Shown here one piece after another: positions 30,235-39,282 of a stretch of 64,000 bases of DNA. The stretch covers positions 26,163 through 90,162 of IMG/VR virus record IMGVR_UViG_3300041407_000075. One strand, given 5' to 3'. How positions within the stretch are numbered: the first letter of the stretch is position 1; each line of letters opens with the position of its first letter. Source of the DNA: a virus. Below the pieces are notes generated by a model. That model was not told where the DNA came from and searched no databases. It saw nothing but the letters and a program-made list of their open reading frames with translations. The translations under genes were made by a program, and so were the position numbers.

Positions 30235-30446
30235 ATGTTTACCACTATCTTGTACGTATCGCTTTGCTTCTCTAACGTTGACTGTGTAGCCTACGAACCA
30301 CAAACGTGGAAAACTAATTCTTTAGCTGAACTGAACTGAACAAAGATATTGAAGCTTGTGCTAAAGAAGAACGTAAATACCTGTCTAATGTTATTGGAAC
30401 GTATAAAGAATCTGACTGCTACGTAGTAGAAAATAAATCAAAATAA
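30235..30446 (+). pseudogene. small ORF frameshifted by a CTGAA x3 repeat
   Basis: Removing one 5-bp unit at 30326-30340 gives an uninterrupted 68-aa ORF. Confidence 0.55.
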
Positions 30447-30449
30447 TGT

Positions 30450-30478
30450 TTGCAAAAGCTTTGTACAAGGTCTAGAAT
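30450..30478 (+). promoter_or_regulatory. sigma70 early promoter
   Basis: TTGCAA-17-TAGAAT. Confidence 0.65.
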
Positions 30479-30513
30479 TACCTTAATGAAACAAACATAC
30501 AGGGGCTCAGAAA

Positions 30514-30762
30514 ATGACCATTCAAACCAAAGACTTCTCCTACTTCGATCAAGGTCTGTTCACTATGTTCATTCCTAACACTAAAGAGGCTGAACAGGCT
30601 TGGAATGAAATGGCTTCGACCACTGATGGTACTGGCAAGGTGCCAACTGTACAGGCTAAGCAGTTTATTTATCAACTGAAGAAAGCAGGTTATACAGTAT
30701 CAAAAGGTAAGAAGCCTTCTATCTCGATTGATGACATTCTTCTTGACGAACTGTTCAACTAA
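30514..30762 (+). CDS. hypothetical early protein
   Basis: Follows the promoter. Confidence 0.7.
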   Translation: MTIQTKDFSYFDQGLFTMFIPNTKEAEQAWNEMASTTDGTGKVPTVQAKQFIYQLKKAGYTVSKGKKPSISIDDILLDELFN

Positions 30763-30944
30763 GGAATACAGCCATGATCATCTCCCTGATAGCTTTCTAC
30801 AAAATCTTCCTTCAAGACAGCCAACCAACTAAAAATAAGCCTATATACCACAAGACGTGGAAAGACGAAGTGGAAGGCTATCCAGCGTCTAGCTATGCTA
30901 AGAGCTTGGAGATGGTTGTTCATTAATTTATTGCAGCCCATTCT

Positions 30945-30998
30945 TACCCTGGTTGCCTGGATAAGAAGATGAACCAGGATGCCTAGGCAACCAGGGTA
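30945..30998. repeat. perfect 14-bp inverted repeat containing CCWGG sites
   Basis: TACCCTGGTTGCCT (30945-58) / AGGCAACCAGGGTA (30985-98). Confidence 0.9.
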
Positions 30999-31043
30999 CA
31001 CCTACCAGGGTGAAAATATCTTTATTTTCTTTTGAAAATTCTC

Positions 31044-31071
31044 TTGACCTGTCCCACCAGGGTGCTACACT
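31044..31071 (+). promoter_or_regulatory. sigma70 early promoter
   Basis: TTGACC-16-TACACT with extended -10 TG and AT-rich UP element. Confidence 0.7.
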
Positions 31072-31126
31072 ACAGACATGAAAGGGAAGAAGTGGAATCC
31101 TCCACACCCTCTCCAGGAGATTCAAA

Positions 31127-31675
31127 ATGTCGAATGTAGCCGTTTCTTTCGCCTCCCTGGTTAAATCCAACAACGGTATGTTCAAGTCTGAAGCTCAGGC
31201 TAAATTCCTTCTGTCTCAATGCCAGGAAGAAAACACCTTTGTTTGCGGCGGCAACGTCTACAACAACTCTTTCACAATTTTCTACATCTGTGACTCCCTG
31301 GGTGTTGTTAAGGTTGAAAAATACCTTCCTAAATCCGGTAAAACTACCACTACCTGGGAACGTCTGACTGCTGATCAATTCCAAGCAAGCCAGGAAGCTA
31401 AAGCGACCTCTAAAGCTCGTGACATCGCTTTGCAAGAAGCCTCGGTTGCTAAGTGGCAAGTCCGCCAGGACGCATTCAACAATGCGCTGGCAGTGGCAAA
31501 GTCTTACATTAAACAAGTTATGATTGAAACTGGTTGCCCTGAAGCAACTGCTCAACGTGCTGTTGATAGCATCATGAACAACCAGGACGACATTAACAAC
31601 AGCATGGAAACCCTGGTTAAATCTTCTGAGTTTGTTAAAGCCTGGGAGGTATACAACAACGAACCAGGAGTGTAA
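31127..31675 (+). CDS. hypothetical early protein (182 aa) with high-expression codon style
   Basis: AGGAGA RBS; own promoter and terminator; rich in AAC/TTC/CTG/TCC codons. Confidence 0.85.
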   Translation: MSNVAVSFASLVKSNNGMFKSEAQAKFLLSQCQEENTFVCGGNVYNNSFTIFYICDSLGVVKVEKYLPKSGKTTTTWERLTADQFQASQEAKATSKARDIALQEASVAKWQVRQDAFNNALAVAKSYIKQVMIETGCPEATAQRAVDSIMNNQDDINNSMETLVKSSEFVKAWEVYNNEPGV

Positions 31676-31696
31676 AAGCTTCCTGAAGAGTCCTAG

Positions 31697-31715
31697 AAGC
31701 CCCGTGAGGGGCTTT
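31697..31715 (+). terminator. intrinsic terminator
   Basis: AAGCCCC-GTGA-GGGGCTT-T. Confidence 0.7.
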
Positions 31716-31804
31716 AATTGTTTATAGGGTATGAGAATGTCTATTCCAGGTAAATTAACCTTCCAGGGGCTACCAGGGACAGTGAACAATTTAAAAGAAA
31801 TACC

Positions 31805-31833
31805 TTTACCTGGTAATTTTCAAAGTCTATAAT
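31805..31833 (+). promoter_or_regulatory. sigma70 early promoter
   Basis: TTTACC-17-TATAAT. Confidence 0.65.
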
Positions 31834-32105
31834 CTATAAACAAACCAGGAGCAGACACCATGAATTATGAAGAAAAGCCCATCATCATCCCTTTCCTTAA
31901 AGTGATCAATGGTATTCAATTAGTGATGTGGGACTACTCAGAGCGTGCTGAGATCTATGAGCAGTTTATTATGATGAGCGAGGACTATGCTGAGTACACG
32001 CCAGTCCGATTCGAAGCTTTGTGAGAATGGATGGATACAGGCAAAGCCTGAATATCCTGTTAGGTTTGAGAAGCTTTAATTAATTACGCTCGGAGTATAA
32101 TAGAG

Positions 32106-32294
32106 ATGACTAATAAAGAATTTGACACTTGGTTTTCTTCATTGACTGACACAGATAAACTGAAGATACTCAGTGAGCAGTGTCAAAGTATCACTTCGAT
32201 GAAAGGAGACACTTATGTGACTTTCGGTTGCAAATGGAACTTAGATTCATTCATTTATCAAGTGATGTATGAGGAGAAAACAGGAAGAGAGTAA
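32106..32294 (+). CDS. hypothetical protein
   Basis: GGAG RBS; last ORF of the plus-strand block. Confidence 0.55.
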   Translation: MTNKEFDTWFSSLTDTDKLKILSEQCQSITSMKGDTYVTFGCKWNLDSFIYQVMYEEKTGRE

Positions 32295-32336
32295 GATATG
32301 CACTAATGCATAAATAATCAATCTAGCAGGGAATTA

Positions 32337-32361
32337 TAAGCCACTCAAATGAGTGGCTTAA
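32337..32361. terminator. palindromic hairpin, possible terminator
   Basis: TAAGCCACTC-AAAT-GAGTGGCTTA. Confidence 0.6.
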
Positions 32362-32993
32362 TGTTATCAAGAGTATTAATACAACACCTTCCAAGTATCC
32401 TTTCTGTTGATACTAACAAATCCCCTCAAAGCCTTGTCCAATCTAGTCTTAATGACTACACAAACTACACTCATTAGTCTACTTTCTAGGCATGTACAGT
32501 ATTATCTAAGTAGTCTCATATGTTAAGCCTGATACCATTTCCCTCCAACTTTCCTCCTGCACCAATTCCTTTCCACCCATCCTAACCACCATCTCTTAGC
32601 AATTTATTGCGTATCCTTTCACACAATCCTCATAATACATTGACATAAGCTAGTGAAGTGTGCTAGTTGTGCAACATAGATTATTATGGTTGACATATGT
32701 GGTCTGTTCAGGGTGACTAGGTGTTTAGAGTAGTTGCTCCATTGAACATAACGTTAAAATCTATGCACACCAAGCAAGCTATCTTGTTACATCCACCTGT
32801 CAGAGTTTATGTCAAGGGTAATATCTTCAGAGGTATTGACCAGATGATTGGGCAGGTAGTTGGCATGATCTTTGTTGCAATATTTTGTTATTTAAGAATG
32901 ATTCGTATTGGGTGAGTCCTTAAGGCGTTAAGCTAATCTGATACCGCGCCAGTGTTTTCAAGGCTTTCAGACCTATTCCATATTTTCTTACAG

Positions 32994-33018
32994 ACAAAAG
33001 AAACCCTCCGAAGAGGGC
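32994..33018 (-). terminator. intrinsic terminator ending the minus-strand block
   Basis: Minus strand CCCTC-TTCG-GAGGG-TTTCTTTTG (cUUCGg loop). Confidence 0.8.
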
Positions 33019-33039
33019 TGTAGTTAATTTTACAGGGGA

Positions 33040-34038
33040 TTAGATATTTCTCACACCACCATGTTCTTCAAAGATATGAATCACAGGTTCTAAATTTGAG
33101 GGGAAGGTAGTCTCAGTATACCCATCAGGCATTTCCTCTTTAGTGATTACCTTTGTAGTTAGGTTATTCAGACAATACCTTTCAGCATCTCTACAGTCTT
33201 TAACTGTTGGATAAGTCCAGACACCATAATTTATAACATCATAAATTGATAGCTGGTTCTGACGTTTAATCCTTTCAGTTGATAGATTTGCAATACCAAA
33301 CTTAATAGCAACTACATCTTCTTTATCCATTAGAAGATTAATATAGGTTTCTTGTTGTCTATTACCACTACAAGCACAAGACCTAACACCCTTATACAAA
33401 CCCACTAAATGTCCTTCACCTAATTCACCACAGTCAGGACAATCCATGTACCAGTATTTCTTATGTCCGTGTTTATCAACTCTTTCACTTCTGGTAAATA
33501 CTGTACCATCAGCATAACATCCAGTGTCCATAAACATTTTAATCATTACAGAGTCATCTTTTCTTTTGTAGTCTCCCATCCTCAAAGCAAAGCATCCCGC
33601 ACAACCTTTGTATCCACCTTTGATAAGAAAGAAACTGATTGTCATAGAAAAGAAATCTCCGTGGTCTGGACACTCCGCTACCACTTTAGTTTTGTTGGCT
33701 GTAGTGAAATCACCATGCCAACCTTTAAAGATTAAACCTCTTTCCACACAAGCTCTATTAACCCTTACTACATACTGCTCTTTAGACCAATTGCACTTAT
33801 CTGTACATCCGCATGGAATACAACCTCTGTTTAGATGGCCTTTACTCATTGCAAACAACCCCTCACCAAATAGTTCAGGGTCTTCTTTGCATACAGAGCA
33901 CTCTACAATATACTTCTTATCGTTAGCATACTTACCATTCCAGCCTACAACCGTTAAGTTTCCAAATACTGTTCCTTCAAACCCATCATATTTCATTACC
34001 CCATCTTCAATCAAGTCTTTCAAACTAGCCATACGCAC
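33040..34038 (-). mobile_element. putative homing endonuclease (Cys-rich repeats plus C-terminal GIY-YIG-like domain)
   Basis: FGNLTV, several CxxC, CPDHG; C-terminal YINL...KFGI...R...E. Confidence 0.7.
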
Positions 34039-34074
34039 TCAACTTAAATTATCTCTATTATACTCCGACCGTAA

Positions 34075-34608
34075 TTACTTACTTCGAAACGCCTGTACAG
34101 CCAACCCATACTCCAGATATTTCCCCTCATCTCTCAGTGCTAATATTTCAGATGGTAGTTCTGTCATTGGTGGGGAATGTAACTTACTCTGTCGTCCTTG
34201 GTAGTAGTCCCTAATAAACTCTCTTTCCACTTCTGTGTTCTCCTTCTCTTCATCAGATATTTTACTTTCATATTCTTGTATTCGATGTCTGATTCCATCA
34301 AGTGCAAATCTAACAGTTTGGGCTAATCGCCTAGCTTGTCTGTCACTCATCTCATATGCAACTTCTCTTGTCTTTACAAGCTCAGAAGTAATTGAATTCA
34401 ACATGAGGCACTTAAACACCAACTTAGGGCTGATATTAACTTGCCCATTGGAAGTACCTGCAACAATGTATACGGCAGCCATAACGGCATCCTCTACAAA
34501 GGCAGGCATCTTTTGTTTGGTTCCCGTATTGAGGGATTCTTTCCAACGGTGTTCTATCAGCCATTCAGCTACAATTACGTTATCCGTTACCTTTGGTAGT
34601 CGTGCCAT
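34075..34608 (-). CDS. hypothetical protein
   Basis: 177-aa ORF on the operon strand. Confidence 0.7.
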   Translation of the reverse strand: MARLPKVTDNVIVAEWLIEHRWKESLNTGTKQKMPAFVEDAVMAAVYIVAGTSNGQVNISPKLVFKCLMLNSITSELVKTREVAYEMSDRQARRLAQTVRFALDGIRHRIQEYESKISDEEKENTEVEREFIRDYYQGRQSKLHSPPMTELPSEILALRDEGKYLEYGLAVQAFRSK

Positions 34609-34771
34609 TAGTTTCCTGTTCTAGTTTAAGTTTATCCAACACTCTGTCTAATCCATCATAATCTTTTTCCAAACCTCTGAACTGTTGATCTAGGAAGTCT
34701 TCGAACAAAGCAATTTCTTTTGTATTACACTCATTAGACGTAATCTCTCCCTCAGAAGTCACATTTTATTC

Positions 34772-34972
34772 CTATTTATTTTCATTAGCCGACGAACGGG
34801 CAATCTTCAAGCTAATAATCTCCGCTCTCATTTCCTTAATCATCTTACTCTGATATTCAGAAAGCTTTAGAGCATCCTGTAGCATCAGTCCGAGTTGTCT
34901 TTGTTCTCCACGTCCTAAATTCTTACGACCAATTGCTTTATTGATTAGGGCTGTTGTTTCTAATGTAATCAT
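34772..34972 (-). CDS. hypothetical protein
   Basis: GGAG RBS. Confidence 0.55.
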   Translation of the reverse strand: MITLETTALINKAIGRKNLGRGEQRQLGLMLQDALKLSEYQSKMIKEMRAEIISLKIARSSANENK

Positions 34973-35322
34973 TTACTCCACCCCACATCAATAAACAGAA
35001 ACCCCTCTTCAACAGAGTGCTCTTCGTGATACTTTATAGCATCTTCCACGTTATCAAATACCTTCACCACATCCCAACGTTCATCATCGTAATCTTTTCT
35101 ATAACAATGTGTCACCATATATCGAACGTCCATCACACCTTATCCTCCCAATTTTGACTCATAGTCAAGCACCCAACTATCATAAGCCTCTACAGGACTT
35201 GTCCCCACTCCACATGCAAGCCACACAGCAGGCCTCATCAGATACCCAGTCCTCTGGTTCATTCTCAATAGGAATTTCACAGACATAAAGTCCTTCTGGT
35301 GTTTTAAGGATTAATGGTTTCA

Positions 35323-35823
35323 CTATACAACCTCCTTCACAGGAACACCATCATAAATCTCCTTGAAATGCCCCCGTATAACCATACGCCTACAAGCTGA
35401 ATACATATAATCACACTCAGCTTGTTTGTTACCAGTAAAAGGTTTATCACCAAACCAACCCGTGTTAGTTGGGAATCCAAACACTTTACTCACCCTCTTT
35501 CCATCAGTCTCTAACAATCCCCATCCAGCAGGAAGCTCTTCAACCCGAATAAGCCCTGTAGGTGTTAGAAAGAATCTCCAATCACCCATACCTAATAGTG
35601 GATCAACTCTAAACTTCTTACGCTTGTCTACTAAGAAGTCTGAACGAGATGTCTTACACTCAATAAGGCAGGACACTCCACTTCTAAATCCAAGACAATC
35701 AGGTTGTTCACCAGTGTTAGTGTAGGCTTTGAATTTATCATGGAACACAACACCGAATGCATTCTTAACTAAGAATTTCTCAGCTAACAGACACAGGTTG
35801 TCGTGTGTAAGGAGTTCGGTCAT
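35323..35823 (-). CDS. PD-(D/E)XK nuclease-like protein (MmcB-related)
   Basis: GEQPD...IECKTSRSDF..D..K, GDWRFF, ELPAGWGL. Confidence 0.7.
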   Translation of the reverse strand: MTELLTHDNLCLLAEKFLVKNAFGVVFHDKFKAYTNTGEQPDCLGFRSGVSCLIECKTSRSDFLVDKRKKFRVDPLLGMGDWRFFLTPTGLIRVEELPAGWGLLETDGKRVSKVFGFPTNTGWFGDKPFTGNKQAECDYMYSACRRMVIRGHFKEIYDGVPVKEVV

Positions 35824-35970
35824 TCCTCTTCTTCCTTATCATCAATATCTTCCATAAACGCCCTCAACACTCTCTTTTGATGTTCTGGTGAAAGATATTT
35901 AGGCAATAGTTCTACTTTTAGTTCTTCCTTGAGTGCTTTCAATTCCTTATCAATATTCTTCATACGATCT

Positions 35971-36285
35971 TCAATTGTTTGGTTCATATTTAACTTCCCC
36001 CAGAATTCTATCATATTTGTCCACAATATTAGGGTCATACCAATCTATGCTATTTGGATCACTTTGCGTACAGGATTTACATTTAAGAATCTTATCTCCA
36101 AACCTCACAACACTGCCTTCAGGGTATACTGTCATAGCATCCCAGTAAGGATATTTGGCTTTCTGATTCTCTTTCAATTCCTTCAGGCACATCTTACCAT
36201 ACCTTACACTGTCGATAGGTGTGGATTCTTTATTACACTTATTCTTCTCCCTAGCCCCACATGAGCAGCGTTCAGGGTTTGTCAT
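35971..36285 (-). CDS. hypothetical Cys-rich protein
   Basis: ERCSCGAREKNKC N-terminus. Confidence 0.6.
   Translation of the reverse strand: MTNPERCSCGAREKNKCNKESTPIDSVRYGKMCLKELKENQKAKYPYWDAMTVYPEGSVVRFGDKILKCKSCTQSDPNSIDWYDPNIVDKYDRILGEVKYEPNN
36234..36273. repeat. 40-bp direct repeat, copy 1
   Basis: TACACTTATTCTTCTCCCTAGCCCCACATGAGCAGCGTTC, identical at 37196-37235. Confidence 0.9.
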
Positions 36286-36595
36286 GATTTGATCACATCC
36301 TTCTTAAGTTTCATACATTTAGTGCAACGATGTACAGATGTCATATAAATAATATACTTACCACGACTGTCCATAGTGTCAAACTTAGTAAGAAACTGAT
36401 ACTCGTGTTCACAACCGTAGAACCAGCGCTTTAACCAAAGATACATTTAATCTTCCTCCAAGTTAATCCATTCACACCAACCACCCGTCTTAATATCCGT
36501 AAGTCTATACCAAATACTGCCATCATCAAGGATTGTGGTCTGGATGTCAATGGTAATAGTTGAGATATTTCGTTTAGGGAATTGCAGAATGTTAG

Positions 36596-36820
36596 TCATC
36601 TAGGCCACTCCGTACACATCATTCGATTCTTCATAAGACTCTTCTCCAACAGCTTCTGATCTTCACTCATAAACAACTCATCAAACCAATTAAGTTTCTT
36701 CTGTGGGTGTGGGTAAGGGATTGACATACTTGTGTACCAATCCACAAGCTCCCATTCGTTCACCCGTGTGTAACCTCTCAGTGCCCTCCTGGGCGGTGGT
36801 TTAGGTGGTTCTAGTTTCAT
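36596..36820 (-). CDS. hypothetical protein
   Basis: Coupled ORF. Confidence 0.55.
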   Translation of the reverse strand: MKLEPPKPPPRRALRGYTRVNEWELVDWYTSMSIPYPHPQKKLNWFDELFMSEDQKLLEKSLMKNRMMCTEWPR

Positions 36821-37101
36821 TAAGGTTTCCTCGGTGGTGCAGGAGGCGCTTTAGGACGACTCTTGACAAACCACTCTTTAACTTTAGTGTTAACATCCCC
36901 TTTAGAAGAGCAGCAATCCCCACAAGAATACATCCAAGGACGATCTACTTGCATCTGAAACCTAAATCCATTTTCGCGTCTAAAGTCTTTCTTACAAAAG
37001 AAGCATTCTTTCCAGAAGAACAGTCCGTAGTGATTGTAGATGTCATTACCAACTACATTTGAATAACCATAGTTAGTATTAGGGTCTTTTTCACGTTTCA
37101 T
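36820..37101 (-). CDS. hypothetical Zn-binding protein
   Basis: CFFC ... CGDC. Confidence 0.65.
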   Translation of the reverse strand: MKREKDPNTNYGYSNVVGNDIYNHYGLFFWKECFFCKKDFRRENGFRFQMQVDRPWMYSCGDCCSSKGDVNTKVKEWFVKSRPKAPPAPPRKP

Positions 37102-37247
37102 CTCTTCTCTCCATTAACAACACCGTTGCGTATCCCAATATCTTCCATACCTCCCTTCAAACACATCTTCCCCGTATTGTGTTCGCTCTCCTTGCTACAC
37201 TTATTCTTCTCCCTAGCCCCACATGAGCAGCGTTCTTCTATATTCAT
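37098..37247 (-). CDS. 49-aa paralogue of the 35971-36285 N-terminus
   Basis: Translated by hand: MNIEERCSCGAREKNKCSKE...GKMCLK; ATGA overlaps on both sides. Confidence 0.55.
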   Translation of the reverse strand: MNIEERCSCGAREKNKCSKESEHNTGKMCLKGGMEDIGIRNGVVNGEKR

Positions 37248-37648
37248 CGTTTCCCCACCTCATGTAGTCCATCACACATATACTGAATAGAGGCTAGAGT
37301 TTCTACCACAGAGTTATAATCTTCCTTACATTGACAATCATCATAACAGCAACTGTGAGTTTCTGAATACCAGAATACACCACCAACATCCACTGCATTG
37401 TATTTATCAGCTTGTAAATATGCAGCCACTTCCTCCCAACTTTTGAAATCACTCCTATTAATCTTCTCCATCGTCTTCGTTATACCAATCTTTTTGAACA
37501 TCTCGGAGTCACATGAATTTATGATGTTGTATTCTTGGGTTGAGTGTTGAAGACCAATCGCATTAACTTCATCTGGTGTCATATCCCGAAATTTTTCAAA
37601 AGTTTTATCAATAGCCCTACTGAGTTTATCAGAAATGTTGAACAACAT
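37244..37648 (-). CDS. hypothetical protein
   Basis: GGAGG RBS. Confidence 0.65.
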   Translation of the reverse strand: MLFNISDKLSRAIDKTFEKFRDMTPDEVNAIGLQHSTQEYNIINSCDSEMFKKIGITKTMEKINRSDFKSWEEVAAYLQADKYNAVDVGGVFWYSETHSCCYDDCQCKEDYNSVVETLASIQYMCDGLHEVGKR

Positions 37649-37649
37649 T

Positions 37650-37880
37650 TTATTCCTCCAATATAAGTTCTACAATTGCCGTGGCTTCAGATAGTGTGTC
37701 CATGGCAACCCAATCTTCTTTGTCTCCAGCACCCATCTTATAACACATCCACAGATATTCAACCCTGTACAGTGCATCTTTAACACCTGCATTATATTCT
37801 TCTGTGTCCTTGTATGGGCTAGGTTCTTTATCCGTAGAGAATTGCCACAAATCCTTAACTCTCTGCTTTACCTCATCCAT
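37650..37880 (-). CDS. hypothetical protein
   Basis: Coupled ORF. Confidence 0.55.
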   Translation of the reverse strand: MDEVKQRVKDLWQFSTDKEPSPYKDTEEYNAGVKDALYRVEYLWMCYKMGAGDKEDWVAMDTLSEATAIVELILEE

Positions 37881-38266
37881 ACCTTCTCTCCATTAACTAT
37901 ACCAAAATGTTCCCACAGAATACCACACATCATCTCATAAGCAACAGGAGATTTCTCTTTCATCTTAGCCCTTCCTGTTCCAATGCCGTCTTCAGGGAAT
38001 ACAATCACTTTGTCCTGACCAAGCTTCCACAGTTCACGTAGAGATACCTTTACAGCTTCAAGTTCATCTGGTTTGTCACTAAAGAATGCCCAATCATCCC
38101 AAGAGGGATATCGTTTAGTTGGAATACCAAAGGCGTTAGGCTCATCTCTGATGATTGCTTGACCACCTTTGCCGAAGTGCTTTAGGTTATCTCCGTAGAC
38201 CCATATCTTTTCTGGATAACGTCTACACATTGGAGGTGAAAGTATTTTAGCGTATTCAATTATCAT
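37868..38266 (-). CDS. conserved phage protein (VYGDNL..G.GGQA family)
   Basis: IWVYGDN, GGQAIIR.EPNAFGIPTK, FPEDGIGTGRA. Confidence 0.7.
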   Translation of the reverse strand: MIIEYAKILSPPMCRRYPEKIWVYGDNLKHFGKGGQAIIRDEPNAFGIPTKRYPSWDDWAFFSDKPDELEAVKVSLRELWKLGQDKVIVFPEDGIGTGRAKMKEKSPVAYEMMCGILWEHFGIVNGEKVWMR

Positions 38267-39106
38267 TTAACCCTCCAAAAACTTAGTAACAATTGGAACA
38301 ACCCCCTCCAAACTCGTAAGAAGGAAGAGATGACCTTCGCCCTCAAACACATACATCTCAGAATTAGGGATTAGCTTCGCTAATATTTTCATATTCCGCA
38401 AGTCTATCAGAGGATCATCATCACCAGCAAGGACTAATGTTGGTTGTTTAATACTGTGCAAATACCACAACGATGACCACCACATCAAAGCTCCTTGCTG
38501 ATAGGCATAACCCAACTGACTGTGTTTAAACTCTCCCTTACTCTGTGACATACGCGAAGCATGCTCAACAGCCAGTTCTTTGTTTCCCCTAAAATGGCCC
38601 CCATAGATATCTGCTGCAATCGAAGCTGCGTAGTTGCTATCTGTATAGCGTTTAGGCGAGGACATCAAACTAAGCACTTTCATACTTGGTGGTATGGCTG
38701 TAACACCGGCACAAGTCGCTGCAAGGATTAGTTTCTTACAACGATTTGGATACCGGTAAGCAAATTCCTGACTGGTGAATCCTCCCCACGATAGTCCTAG
38801 TACAAATACTTGCCCGTAGTTCAAAAAGTCCAGCATTTCTGAGATTGTTCTACACAGGCCACTAAAACGATATGGGAACAGAGGTGTAGAACTGCCAGCA
38901 ACTCCCGGGTAATCGAATGTAATGATTTCTAAGTCTGGTTGTGCAAGGTGCATAGCCTCAACAAAGGGAAATAACAGTTCTAGCGATGCACCTATGCCTG
39001 TACAAAGCAGAAGAGGAACACTGTTCGCTTTTCCCAGCTTAATAGATACACGAAGGGTCTGATTGCCGTTCATTGTTATTGTTCTAGTATTCATTTGAAT
39101 GGCCAT
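38267..39106 (-). CDS. phaZ: intracellular mcl-poly(3-hydroxyalkanoate) depolymerase
   Basis: PLLL.TGIGASLEL.FPF, FD.PGV.GSSTP..PYRF.GL, lipase box GLSWGG, CKKLILAAT, LVLAGDDDPLI, GHLFL: colinear with Pseudomonas PhaZ as I recall it. Confidence 0.92.
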   Translation of the reverse strand: MAIQMNTRTITMNGNQTLRVSIKLGKANSVPLLLCTGIGASLELLFPFVEAMHLAQPDLEIITFDYPGVAGSSTPLFPYRFSGLCRTISEMLDFLNYGQVFVLGLSWGGFTSQEFAYRYPNRCKKLILAATCAGVTAIPPSMKVLSLMSSPKRYTDSNYAASIAADIYGGHFRGNKELAVEHASRMSQSKGEFKHSQLGYAYQQGALMWWSSLWYLHSIKQPTLVLAGDDDPLIDLRNMKILAKLIPNSEMYVFEGEGHLFLLTSLEGVVPIVTKFLEG

Positions 39107-39282
39107 TTATAAACAATCCTCTCTAAGTCAATAATCCTATTATCCAAATATTCAATCATCTGCTGTTGGTCGTAAATACTGCCAACCAAAGATTTAATTA
39201 TATCATCACCATTTCTCTTATCTGTCCATATACATCCATTAGTTGCACATATGTAGTTGTGTATAAACTCTTCTCTAGTCAT
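39091..39282 (-). CDS. hypothetical protein
   Basis: Coupled ORF. Confidence 0.5.
   Translation of the reverse strand: MTREEFIHNYICATNGCIWTDKRNGDDIIKSLVGSIYDQQQMIEYLDNRIIDLERIVYKWPFK

Larger units (their letters stand above)
30948..31849. other. CCWGG-dense island (22 sites counted)
   Basis: Manual count of CCAGG/CCTGG. Confidence 0.9.

Noticed and set aside
31070-31789. 239-aa minus-strand ORF
   Set aside because: Antisense shadow of the strongly codon-biased plus-strand gene, which has the promoter, RBS and terminator
32721-32915. 64-aa plus-strand ORF in the convergence zone
   Set aside because: Weak start context, lies after the terminator-like hairpin, no motif support
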